Source: Candidatus Poribacteria bacterium (lineage in GTDB: Bacteria; Poribacteria; WGA-4E; UBA9662). Taken from it: 28,458 nt of DNA. The position numbers were made by a program, and so were the translations under genes. The stretch spans positions 1-28,458 of the forward strand of contig JAYGDX010000263.1 in NCBI GenBank assembly GCA_046582655.1, given 5' to 3'. Below are positions 1-8,785 of the stretch, one piece after another. How positions within the stretch are numbered: the first letter of the stretch is position 1; every line of letters begins with the position of its first letter. The notes under the pieces are model-generated. The model was not told the DNA's origin and made no database searches. It saw only the letters and a program-made list of their open reading frames with translations.

Positions 1-4
1 ATAC

Positions 5-645
5 CTAAGCCAACAGACCCAGGATGTTCTGCGATACCGTTGCTACTTGAACCAACATAACTGTGGCCAAATCCGTCAGTATCTGGGTCTTGAGCCTGTC
101 ACTTCTGCCGCTATGCCGGTATCCCGGCTTGACGAGTATCGCTGACCGCCAGCACATCAGGTCGGTAATTGACCACGTAATCGTCGGTCATGGCAGCTTG
201 GTTGTTAGCTGTACTAGCCAAGACACCCAAATTATTCTGATTGACCACTTCCTTTTCCCAGTTGGTAACGTTAGATGTGCTATCAACGTACGGCTGCAGA
301 CCCATTACCAACAGCTCCAGCGGTGGTTCCGCCGGTCAACTGAACTAGCGTAGCAGAGGTCAAACTGGTGATCTGGCACTAGCTAACGTATCGAGGGACA
401 ACAAATTGCCGCTGGCGTGTGTCGGTTGCCTTCTGGGACTGATCGTAAACGAACTGCACCAGCCCCAGTCCTGACAGGCGCGGCATTGGTGATGCTGAGT
501 TCGGTTCGATTGCTGGCATCGTTGCCGGCTTCAATCCGGAATCGCTAGAACCCGCGTTTCGACTGAGTAGATCCTGAGAGTTGGAGTCGTAAGACCTTTG
601 CCGATTACTTTCCGAGCCTCAAGACGTTGATCCCGATTTTCCTGA
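5..645 (-). pseudogene. Decayed, frameshifted, 5'-truncated flagellin paralog
   Basis: Minus-strand fragments in shifting frames follow flagellin motif order: NSQDLLSRNAG, RIEAGNDASNRTELSITNA / SGLGL, VDSTSNVTN..VNQNNL..STANNQAAMTDDY, SSSRDTGIAAEVT / LKTQILTDLATVMLVQVATVSQNILGLLA* (TAG at 5-7). The 3' end matches the neighbour's VMAQAGGVSQNILQLIQ*, with the shared DNA caggatgttctg at 20-31 and 971-982. The 5' boundary is approximate. Confidence 0.8.
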
Positions 646-672
646 TATACAGTTGTTGTCTGTCTTTTTAAA

Positions 673-707
673 TGGTTTGGTGAAGTTCCTACCCCCCAAC
701 CAAACCA
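673..707 (-). promoter_or_regulatory. Leader hairpin with AGGA in the loop (CsrA-site-like) upstream of the flagellin pseudogene
   Basis: Perfect 9-bp inverted repeat TGGTTTGGT (673-681) / ACCAAACCA (699-707). The minus-strand loop contains TAGGAA. It lies just downstream of the sigma28 promoter. Confidence 0.45.
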
Positions 708-712
708 ATCAT

Positions 713-741
713 ATATCGGCAGAATCAGAAAAAAACCTTAG
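713..741 (-). promoter_or_regulatory. Sigma28 (FliA/SigD)-type promoter
   Basis: Minus strand reads CTAAG-N16-GCCGATAT, close to the TAAA-N15/16-GCCGATA(A/T) consensus, directly upstream of the flagellin remnant. Confidence 0.75.
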
Positions 742-955
742 GAGATTTGGCAAAAAAAGAAAAAAAATGAGGATGTCGCGAATTCGGAAGAGGGGTAAAC
801 CGGATTGAAAAAGTCAAAAGCGATAAGGTCCAGCATTGAAATCATTAGCAACAACAAAGCGATTGCAGTGCGGGAACCGACGGGATTAAGGGTAGATCCA
901 TAAAGACAAAAAGGGAAACCCAATCTCTGGATGCCCACCAATACGGGGGTCCAGA

Positions 956-1867
956 TTATTGGATCAGCTGCAGGATGTTCTGGGAAACGCCGCCAGCCTG
1001 TGCCATGACAGACGAACTGGTCTGGGTCACAATCTGTTCTCGGGTCACCTCAATGGCTTCAGTTGCGAACTCTATGTTTTCAATGGTGACACGTGATCTT
1101 TCCGCACTTTGGGAAGGTGTGGAAAGGTCGGTGACAGTAAACTGGATTCGGCTTTGCATCGAGCCCAGGTAACTGCGTTCTCGGTTGACCAACCCCACGG
1201 CGATATCCAACCGATTGATGGTCTGACGTGAGCTCTCCGGTGTTTGCAGGTTAGCTTCATCTGGAAAAGCGGCCGGTGCGCCACCTTCACCAACACCGCC
1301 ATCAAGGTCGACAGCTTCTCCTTTGAAAGTCAGCCCCTCGGTCTGGGTTAAGCCGAGACCGACGATATCAGCGTTCATCAAGGTGAGTGACAGATCTTCT
1401 TCAGCGCCAATGGGTAAGGTTTGCTGACCGAACATGCCGTTAATTAGCGGCTGGCCGCGCTGCACGGTTTGGTTGGCTACCTGCCGAATCTCGGTTCGCA
1501 TGGTATCGAACTGCTGATCAAGCTCAGCGAGTTCAACAGTTCCCAGTTCCTCATTCAGCGCCTGCTGAGAGACTTCACGCATCTGGGTCAGGATACCTTC
1601 TATTCGGCCCAACCCTTCATCAGCTGTTCGCATCAGGTCACTGGCTTCCCGAGCAATCTGGTTAGCATGCTTCATTTCCTGAATGCGGGTTTGCTCCGGA
1701 TCACGTATGGGGCGAGACAGATCGACTGCGTCGTTGTTGGCAGCCGGTCCAGCTGGCCGTCTCAACTGTTCCAGATCGATATTGGCTTCCAGTACAGCCT
1801 GCGACCGCTTGAAGTCGATATATGGCTGGACAGCCGCCGGATTGTTTCTGGCTTGTAACGCGTTCAT
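956..1867 (-). CDS. fliC: Flagellin-family protein (divergent, 303 aa)
   Basis: D1-like N helices (AREASDLMRTADEGLGRIEGILTQMREVSQQALN...EIRQVANQT...GQPLING) and flagellin C-terminus (LDIAVGLVNRERSYLGSMQSRIQFTV...FATE...QIVTQTSSSVMAQA...QNILQLIQ). AGGTG RBS upstream. Confidence 0.85.
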   Translation of the reverse strand: MNALQARNNPAAVQPYIDFKRSQAVLEANIDLEQLRRPAGPAANNDAVDLSRPIRDPEQTRIQEMKHANQIAREASDLMRTADEGLGRIEGILTQMREVSQQALNEELGTVELAELDQQFDTMRTEIRQVANQTVQRGQPLINGMFGQQTLPIGAEEDLSLTLMNADIVGLGLTQTEGLTFKGEAVDLDGGVGEGGAPAAFPDEANLQTPESSRQTINRLDIAVGLVNRERSYLGSMQSRIQFTVTDLSTPSQSAERSRVTIENIEFATEAIEVTREQIVTQTSSSVMAQAGGVSQNILQLIQ

Positions 1868-1972
1868 TTCGATTTCACCTGTGCCTGCAACCGAGGCACT
1901 GCCGCTTCCTAGTTCCGTTCAATAAACCCAGGAACGGATGATTTTGGTCCGAAGATCTACAAAATTTATAAG

Positions 1973-1989
1973 AGCAACATTTACGCCAA
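1973..1989 (-). promoter_or_regulatory. Sigma54 (-24/-12) promoter for the flagellin gene
   Basis: Minus strand TTGGCGTAAATGTTGCT = TGGC-N7-TTGC with consensus spacing, about 105 nt upstream of the start codon. Confidence 0.7.
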
Positions 1990-2105
1990 ACGGTTCAATT
2001 CTACATCAAAATAGAGGAAAAAGCAACTTTTTGCCCTTACTTAGGCACTTTTTTATGTTTTGTGCCTTTTTGCAAGATTCATAATTATGCTACAGGCCCA
2101 AAGAT

Positions 2106-2200
2106 GGTGATCAGATTGCCACCCCGACATTACAATGCGGAAAATCTTACCGCTTTGAAACGGAAAATTATCAATGACATCGACAGTTTCCAATTTCACC
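2106..2200. promoter_or_regulatory. Candidate upstream activator (bEBP) binding sites
   Basis: Imperfect palindromes GGTG-N10-CACC (2106-2123) and GCGG-N9-CCGC (2137-2153), plus direct repeat CGGAAAAT (2138 and 2161), about 120-210 bp upstream of the sigma54 motif beyond an AT-rich spacer. Confidence 0.4.
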
Positions 2201-2289
2201 AGATCACTCAAAACTGAATAATCAGCAAAACAAGCAACCCTACCTGGTCATCAGGTCGTAAACAAAGGAACCACAGCAATAAACAGAAA

Positions 2290-2780
2290 TTTGTTTTTCA
2301 TTTTGGATTGCGTTGACAGCAACACTGGTTCTGTAAGGGCTGAGCGGGCTACTACTTCTGCCGGTGAACGATCCATTGCACTTAATTACTAACCAGCAAG
2401 GTGCCACAGTTGATGACATCTTCAATCACCACAAGCTGAATTAACAAGAATCAATCATTTCAACCTAAGAATTTTTGTTAGGCGCAATGATTATACGGCT
2501 GATGGTCATTCAAACTTGAGTGAAGCTACTGCTGTAAAACCAGTTTTAAAATAGCACGTCTATGACCAAGGAAGATATTGACTTCACTTACAGCACTACT
2601 GATGGGCTAACAGCACACCTTGGATCGATTTCAATCAACTGGCTATCCAACAAATGACGGTGAGGTAGCATAACACTCCAACTCACAGTAAGTAACAGTA
2701 ACCGCCATCATTGTTACCGGAAAAACCAGAGTAGCGGTTGATGATAGATGGATCACTGCTACTGGCGATGAATGCGGCTA
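2290..2780 (+). pseudogene. Possible relic of an Ig/cadherin-like (tandem-95/Big) repeat gene
   Basis: Short peptides in different frames separated by stops: LPVNDP (~2358), IDFTYSTTDG (~2577), ITLQLTVSNSNR (~2670), ITATGDE (~2752). These resemble the VNDAP / FTYTVSDG / ITVTNVN / ITATD repeat motifs. Confidence 0.3.
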
Positions 2781-2916
2781 CAATAGAGATGGAAATGGGT
2801 GTGGGAAGGTATCGATGGTGAACTGCCGGATAGCACTACTCCGAACAAAAGAGGCGTAGCAATCAGCAGCGGTTTCTGCTTCTACCACGCTTAGCAAATA
2901 CCATTTAACAACCCAC

Positions 2917-2958
2917 AGAAACAGAAAAGCCCTGGCGATTCAAACCACCGAGACTTTT
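2917..2958 (-). terminator. Intrinsic terminator downstream of the NYN gene
   Basis: Minus strand AAAAGTCTCGGTG-gtttgaat-CGCCAGGGCTTTT-ctgtttct. The stem has three G-U pairs and one mismatch on this strand and is followed by a U-rich tail. Confidence 0.55.
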
Positions 2959-2974
2959 TGATGGCGCAACCAGG

Positions 2975-4555
2975 CTAGATGATCATTTCATTACTGATCG
3001 GGAAGAATTGGTCGGCCGACCGAATCAGGTCCATTGAGGTATTGTGGGAAAAAGCGGCCACTTCAATCCTTTTGTTACGTCTTTTGACCAATTCAGCCAG
3101 TTCACAGAAATCGCCATCGCCGCTAGCCAGAACCACCACATCCAGACTATCCAGCATCATAGCGATGTCAACCGCGATACCAACATCCCAGTCGCCTTTG
3201 GCCGATCCGTCGCCACGCAACCGAAGATCCTTGGTGCGGATGGTGTAACCGTTATGTTCCAATAAGGAGACGAAACTGGACTGATCGATTTCCGGTATCT
3301 GCACGATGTAAGCATAAGCAACAGTCAGTTGCCGCGGTCCTAACATCAGGTCAAGCAACTTAATGTAATCCAGCCGGCCGGCGTACCGATCCTTAGCCGC
3401 ATAAAACATGTTCTGCACATCAACAAATATACCCACCCGCGGTTGATCCGCCATGTAATTGATGACCTTCTTTTGCCCATTATCACCCAAGGTGGAAACC
3501 CGTTGCCGAATCCAGTCCAGATTAGCAGTTGAATCCTGGTTGACCTGTTGGAGGGAATCCAGATGTCCTTGCAAATCGGCACGAAGTTGATCAAACACCT
3601 GCTGTGTCTGGTAAGCCGATTTCTCTAGAGATTGCAGACCGATCGTCAACTCAGCCTTATCCTGCTCCATATGGGGAAACGACTGTTTTTCCAGTTTTCG
3701 ACTTAACTCTGCCAAGTCTAATTGAAGTACCCGCTTCTCTTCCACCAATTTTTCTATCACTGACTCGCGCGATTCGTAACGCAGAATCCTTTCCTTTAGA
3801 ATCTGGTTTTCCTCTTTCAAGCACAGGTTTTCCTGAACCCGTTCCTGCACCTGTTGCTGCAAGTTTTGACATTGACGGGTAAGATCCAGAACCTGTTGAT
3901 TGGAACAGGAACCCTGGTTCTCTAACCGATCGCTACTGTTCCAATGAAGGATAGATTGCAAATAACCACTGCCTCCCTTTTTCGGCTCAGCGGCTTTTTG
4001 TTGTTCAGGTTTCGGTAAAACTGGCAAATTGGTGTCAATCTCCGAATCAACTTGACTAACCGGTTTGCTGATCAGAGAATGACTCGCTTCCTTCTCTATT
4101 TCATGCAGTTTCTCCTCATCGGTTGGCTCCGGCAGATTCAACTTTGTTAAAAGGTAATAAGCATGATCCTGAACCTGCTGGCGTGAGTCCATCAACATGG
4201 CCCAGAGAATTTGTCCAAGTTCGTCATCATTCTGCAGGTAGCCAGGATTACCAAAAAAGAGGGAAATTTCATCCACTTCCATATACTTAACGCGGCGAAT
4301 AACATCTTTGGATTTTCTTCCCAAGATCCACGCAATTTTCTTGAGGGAAGAACTCTGGTCAAAAAAATTCTGGCAAAGGAAAAGAACAAGCCGGTTTTTT
4401 GCTTCCGGATCAGGAAGCGAAGGATGAGACTGAACTCCGCAGAGGTCAGCCAAACTAAGAATCTCTTGATCATTCAAACACCGATAGAGAATCAACCCCA
4501 ATTGCTGTTTGGCAATTCGTTGTTTAATCTTATGGGCAGTCTGAGACATTTTCAT
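2975..4555 (-). CDS. NYN-domain (LabA/DUF88, PIN-like) protein with a long N-terminal helical and coiled-coil extension
   Basis: C-terminal RVGIFVDVQNMFY...KGDWDVGIAVD...VVLASGDGDF...LIRSADQF motifs. Heptad-rich central segment (QCQNLQQQVQERVQENLCLKEENQILKERI). Confidence 0.88.
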   Translation of the reverse strand: MKMSQTAHKIKQRIAKQQLGLILYRCLNDQEILSLADLCGVQSHPSLPDPEAKNRLVLFLCQNFFDQSSSLKKIAWILGRKSKDVIRRVKYMEVDEISLFFGNPGYLQNDDELGQILWAMLMDSRQQVQDHAYYLLTKLNLPEPTDEEKLHEIEKEASHSLISKPVSQVDSEIDTNLPVLPKPEQQKAAEPKKGGSGYLQSILHWNSSDRLENQGSCSNQQVLDLTRQCQNLQQQVQERVQENLCLKEENQILKERILRYESRESVIEKLVEEKRVLQLDLAELSRKLEKQSFPHMEQDKAELTIGLQSLEKSAYQTQQVFDQLRADLQGHLDSLQQVNQDSTANLDWIRQRVSTLGDNGQKKVINYMADQPRVGIFVDVQNMFYAAKDRYAGRLDYIKLLDLMLGPRQLTVAYAYIVQIPEIDQSSFVSLLEHNGYTIRTKDLRLRGDGSAKGDWDVGIAVDIAMMLDSLDVVVLASGDGDFCELAELVKRRNKRIEVAAFSHNTSMDLIRSADQFFPISNEMII

Positions 4556-4632
4556 CCCGATTAGAAATCTATATATTTTGCCACTTTAATTCTTGAATGT
4601 CGCCTTCGCAAGCTGCAATAACTATATTATCC

Positions 4633-5178
4633 CTAGGATTCCGACACGATCGACAGCGTTGCCTGATAAAGATTTTCAAATACATGGTTCGGTTGAGAGT
4701 CCTCAGCCAAATTTGGGGGAAATTCAAAGTCACCACCGGACCAAATCAGATACGAGCAACATCCGATACTCCTGCCAGCCAAAATGTCAGTTAAGGAATC
4801 ACCGATCAGGTAACTCTGTGAAATATCTATATTGTGTTCGGTCACGGCTTGCAACAACATACCCTGTTTCGGTTTTCGGTATTCGGAGTTTTCGTCTGGC
4901 CGGTGCGGAGCGTAGTAGATATCACAAATTTTCCCATCAGTTCGCTCTATTTTTTCTATCATCCTTCGATGGATTTCCGCCAATTGGGAATGCGAGATAA
5001 TTCCCTTGTTAATACATGCTTGATTGGTAACAATAATCAACTGGTACTCAGCCTCGGTCAGCATGCAAATAGCTGCCAGCGATTGCGGCAAAAACTCGAA
5101 CTCGTCCCAACACTTGACATAATCGTGATCCAACTTGCGATTAATCACACCATCACGATCAAGAAAAACCGCTTTCAC
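4633..5178 (-). CDS. gmhB: D-glycero-D-manno-heptose 1,7-bisphosphate phosphatase (HAD IIIA)
   Basis: KAVFLDRDGVIN, IIVTNQ, RKPKQGML and LIGDSLTDI motifs. Overlaps rfaE1 by 4 nt. Confidence 0.9.
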   Translation of the reverse strand: MKAVFLDRDGVINRKLDHDYVKCWDEFEFLPQSLAAICMLTEAEYQLIIVTNQACINKGIISHSQLAEIHRRMIEKIERTDGKICDIYYAPHRPDENSEYRKPKQGMLLQAVTEHNIDISQSYLIGDSLTDILAGRSIGCCSYLIWSGGDFEFPPNLAEDSQPNHVFENLYQATLSIVSES

Positions 5179-6212
5179 TCATCATTCTCCTCTGCAATTT
5201 CCATCAGTTGATCCGGTGTCACAGCCACGCATCCGATCTCACCTACCACAATGCCGCCAGCATAATTTGCCAGTTGTGCGGCTGTTAGGAAATCGGTGCC
5301 AGCTGCCAGAGCGAGCGTGTAGACCGACACCACCGTATCTCCAGCACCTGTCACGTCGAAAACCTCACGTGGCTGCGTGGGGATATGATTGACAGAGACT
5401 TGGCTGTCGGTGTCCTGCTGAAACAGGGTCATACCATCTTCACCACGTGTGATTAGTAAACTGCCAAGTTCCAATCGATCAACTATTTCACACCCAACGG
5501 AAACCAGGCTTTTATCATCGGTGATCGATCGTCCCACGGCCGTTGAAGCCTCTTTGACATTCGGAGTGATGGAGGTTACCCCTTTATAGTTCCAGAAATT
5601 GCCTACCTTGGGATCAACTACCACCGGCTGCGGATGGGTGGGTAACTTTTTGAGAACCTGCTGAATGAAATCGAGACTCACCACACCTTTGTCATAGTCC
5701 TCAAAGATTATGGCGTCCGAATCAGCCATTTTTGCCAAGGCTGACTCGATTAAAACAATGGAGACATCTTCAGCCAACGGTGCTTTAGACTCACGATCAA
5801 CACGTACGATCTGTTGGCGGTTGGCCATCAGGCGGCTTTTGGTGCTGGTCGGACGACCCGGATCAACGGAGATTCCGTCTGCTCCAATACCAGATTGATC
5901 AAACATCCGCATCAATATCTCGCCGTTCTGGTCATCACCAACTACACCGATCACCTCAACCAACCCACCCAAACTTGATATGTTATGTGCCACATTGGCC
6001 GCACCACCAAAACGCACAGTTTCGTGCGTCACCTCTAATACCGGAACAGGCGCTTCCGGAGATATCCGGTCAGCCTTGCCTTGAACATACTCATCCAGAA
6101 TCAGGTCGCCGATAACAACGACCCGTTTTGACTGAATTTGGTTAAGGATTCCCCGAAAATTCACGTGCAATTTATGCCGATTTATTTCCTCAAAATTGCT
6201 TAATTCTATCAT
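5175..6212 (-). CDS. rfaE1: D-glycero-D-manno-heptose-7-phosphate kinase (RfaE domain I / HldA)
   Basis: VIGDLILDEY...RISPEAPVPV...GGAANVAHN...QQIVRVDRE...DYDKG...DVTGAGDTV motifs. Confidence 0.93.
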   Translation of the reverse strand: MIELSNFEEINRHKLHVNFRGILNQIQSKRVVVIGDLILDEYVQGKADRISPEAPVPVLEVTHETVRFGGAANVAHNISSLGGLVEVIGVVGDDQNGEILMRMFDQSGIGADGISVDPGRPTSTKSRLMANRQQIVRVDRESKAPLAEDVSIVLIESALAKMADSDAIIFEDYDKGVVSLDFIQQVLKKLPTHPQPVVVDPKVGNFWNYKGVTSITPNVKEASTAVGRSITDDKSLVSVGCEIVDRLELGSLLITRGEDGMTLFQQDTDSQVSVNHIPTQPREVFDVTGAGDTVVSVYTLALAAGTDFLTAAQLANYAGGIVVGEIGCVAVTPDQLMEIAEENDE

Positions 6213-6381
6213 ACCAATTGGTTAAGAAGCAATAAACAATTTGACTTAAAAATCAAGTCTCACAGGATACAACAGGCCATAATTCAGGCCATCAATACCA
6301 TCGAGTATTCAAAAAAAATTGTAGTCTGAAACATGAATTCATGGGAAGGAAAAGCAGGGGAAATATCTAGTAAAGAATGGC

Positions 6382-6742
6382 TTGAGTTGCAAATAAGCCG
6401 GGTTCTGTTCCTTAAGTTGCTTGCACGCCTCAAGGTGATGATCATTCGTCTGCGATCGACGTTGCCGCCGACCTGTAGCGACTCTACCCAAGGACTAGGC
6501 GGGCGCACCTGATCCTTCTATTCGGTCTTGCTCCAGATGGGGTTTACCTAGCTCTCAACGTCACCATTGAGACTGGTGCGCTTTTACCGCACCGTTTCAC
6601 CTGTACAATGCGGTTGCATTGTAGTCTACTCTCTGTTGCACTTTCCATAGCGTTACCGCTCCTGGATGTTATCCAGCATCCCGCCCTACGGAGCCCGGAC
6701 TTTCCTCATCCCTGTCGGGACGCAACCATCTATGCAACTCAA
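6382..6742 (-). ncRNA. rnpB: RNase P RNA (bacterial type A)
   Basis: Minus strand has GAGGAAAGTCCGGGC near the 5' end, GGAAAGTGCAACAGA internally and ACAGAACCCGGCTTA near the 3' end. Termini TTGAGTTGCA / TGCAACTCAA pair as P1. Confidence 0.97.
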
Positions 6743-6749
6743 ACCAAAA

Positions 6750-6781
6750 AAGTTTTAACATAGAACCATAGTAACTGTCAA
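6750..6781 (-). promoter_or_regulatory. Probable sigma70 promoter of rnpB
   Basis: Perfect TTGACA (6781-6776) followed 18 nt later by TAAAAC with an upstream TG. The -10 element is imperfect. Confidence 0.45.
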
Positions 6782-6791
6782 GGGTAGGGAA

Positions 6792-7802
6792 TTAACTCCC
6801 AATTGACTGCAGTAACAACTTATCCAGCAGACTGGAATTCCATTCTGGTTTTTGGTAGCTCAGATTTTGATGGCAGTTCTCAGCCGCAAAACCAACGGAC
6901 TGAAATAACACTTGTAATTGCTGCTTGGCGTCATAAGCCAATTGATTAAGAGATCGTAAGGCATAGATGGGAAGAGACAGATTGGAATCCATCCGATAGG
7001 CCACAGACAGTACCGCCTTCCAGACAAGTTCCGTCTGAATACCGTCTTCAATCGCTTTGAAGGTGTCGTCGAGAGCTGTTTCAAAACTGGATTGTATCAG
7101 GATATCTACCAAATTTTCACAGACTCGCACGTCACCAAGAAGATTTAATTGCCAGTCTTTTCTAACATCATAGACCAAATTCTCACTTTCAATGAAGCAA
7201 TCGCTGTTGATAGGAAGTTGGCAAAAGAAGCGCGCCAGAGAACGGAGGACAGGTAACGAATACTCCCAACCGATAACCTGAACCAATTTCCAACTCTGGA
7301 TAGCTGTAACCACTTTTCGACCATGGTGATTAAAGTCTTGAATAGCCAAGTCGAAGAGCATATCAAAAAGTTCAAACGCGGATGAGGTTCGGTACATTTT
7401 GGTCATCGCATCGTCAGCTCCTTCAGCATCACCATAATACATTGAACCACGCAACTGTTGGAAGGATTTCTCAGTCGCGTCGTTTGCTCCCAATTGTGTG
7501 TTTCGAAGTTGAAACGGATTTTGGGATTGTGCCTCCTGTTCCCGTTTGAACTGATGGATACACTGCCGAATAGAGATGAAATCACCACGGTACAACGCAT
7601 ACAGCAGATTGATGGTCTCGGATCCTGGATGAAGCGAACGAACTGCAGCCAAGCTAACCATTCTGAAAACATCCAGTGGGTTTCGTTTTTCACTGGTAAT
7701 CCAGTCCCTCTGTATCAAGTTCCAGAGATCTGAATCCGGCATTTCTTCAATTAGGCTGACACCCAAATTCATTTCAGCCGAAAATTGGAAGGGTGACATC
7801 AT
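6792..7802 (-). CDS. Hypothetical helical protein (336 aa), coupled to moxR
   Basis: Long ORF overlapping the moxR stop (ATGA). The segment DFNHHGRKVVTAIQSWKLVQVIGWEYSLPVLRSLA looks like a conserved core, but no function can be assigned. Confidence 0.75.
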   Translation of the reverse strand: MMSPFQFSAEMNLGVSLIEEMPDSDLWNLIQRDWITSEKRNPLDVFRMVSLAAVRSLHPGSETINLLYALYRGDFISIRQCIHQFKREQEAQSQNPFQLRNTQLGANDATEKSFQQLRGSMYYGDAEGADDAMTKMYRTSSAFELFDMLFDLAIQDFNHHGRKVVTAIQSWKLVQVIGWEYSLPVLRSLARFFCQLPINSDCFIESENLVYDVRKDWQLNLLGDVRVCENLVDILIQSSFETALDDTFKAIEDGIQTELVWKAVLSVAYRMDSNLSLPIYALRSLNQLAYDAKQQLQVLFQSVGFAAENCHQNLSYQKPEWNSSLLDKLLLQSIGS

Positions 7803-8785
7803 GATCTGATTTCCTGAGTTGTTAAAACGTCTGTGATGATCTCGTCGGTGCTAATCTGTTCGCTCTGCCCCTCAAAGTTGATAAGCAGTCGGTGACGCAA
7901 AGCAGGTAAAGCGACTGACTGAATGTCTTCAGTCGCTACATTGTAACGTCCATCAAGTAATGTCTTGATTTTCGCCGCCAGGATTATGGCCTGCAGCCCG
8001 CGAACACTGGCACCCAATTCAACGTAGTTCTGCGCCATTTCTGAAGCGTTTGGCTGATCGGCATGTGTCGCAGTAACAATCTGAGATGCATACTCAGCCA
8101 CATGATCAGCAACTGGAACTTGCCGGATCAATCGCTGCATCTGCAGAATTGAGCCCGCGTCGCAAACGGATTCAATTTCCGGTTCCTGATCGGAAGTGGT
8201 TTGCTGCATAATTTGGATTAGATCAGTTTGGTCGGGAAATTCAATTTTCAGTTTGAAAAGGAAACGGTCAAGTTGCGCTTCCGGCAAGGGGTAGGTACCA
8301 TCCATCTCAATTGGATTCTGGGTAGCAAAGACACAAAACGGCGATTCCAGTTTGTGGGTGGTGCGGGCGATGGTGACGGTACGTTCCTGCATTGCTTCCA
8401 GGAGAGCCGATTGGGTACGTGGAGTCGATCGGTTAATTTCATCTGCCAGAATCACCTGCGAAAAGATGGGGCCAGGTTGGAATTGAAACTGTTTCCGTCC
8501 TTGTTGATCTTCAACTAGGATTGTCGTTCCGGTGATATCAGACGGCATCATATCCGGCGTGAACTGAATGCGCTTGAAGGATAAATCCAGCACCTCGCTC
8601 AACGTCTGAACCATCCGCGTCTTGCCCAATCCCGGTACACCTTCGATTAGGGCATGACCATTGGCAAAAAGACAGATCAGGATACCTTCAACAACGTCAT
8701 CCTGTCCAATAATCCTTTTTTGCACCTCAACCTTAATCCGGTTGAATTTTTTCCGGAATTGCTGAACCTGATCTTCAACGCTCAT
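7799..8785 (-). CDS. moxR: MoxR-family AAA+ ATPase
   Basis: GHALIEGVPGLGKT, RIQFTPDMMPSDITG, ILADEINRSTPRTQSALLEAMQE and ATQNPIEMDGTYPLPEAQLDRF motifs. Confidence 0.95.
   Translation of the reverse strand: MSVEDQVQQFRKKFNRIKVEVQKRIIGQDDVVEGILICLFANGHALIEGVPGLGKTRMVQTLSEVLDLSFKRIQFTPDMMPSDITGTTILVEDQQGRKQFQFQPGPIFSQVILADEINRSTPRTQSALLEAMQERTVTIARTTHKLESPFCVFATQNPIEMDGTYPLPEAQLDRFLFKLKIEFPDQTDLIQIMQQTTSDQEPEIESVCDAGSILQMQRLIRQVPVADHVAEYASQIVTATHADQPNASEMAQNYVELGASVRGLQAIILAAKIKTLLDGRYNVATEDIQSVALPALRHRLLINFEGQSEQISTDEIITDVLTTQEIRS

Noticed and set aside
63..353. Short ORFs 63..353 (+) and 111..311 (-) as independent genes
   Set aside because: The minus ORF is one frame fragment of the flagellin pseudogene and the plus ORF is its antisense shadow.
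905..955. Terminator after the flagellin gene
   Set aside because: The TCTGGA/TCCAGA stem is interrupted by mismatches and is not directly followed by the U-run; too weak to call.
2042..2068. AGGCAC...GTGCCT inverted repeat as a second sigma54 promoter
   Set aside because: No TTGC at the required -12 spacing.
2975..4555. NYN protein as an anti-phage defence system
   Set aside because: The context is housekeeping (gmhB/rfaE1) with no defence or mobile genes nearby.
6284..6508. 74-aa ORF
   Set aside because: It overlaps the 3' part of RNase P RNA and is spurious.
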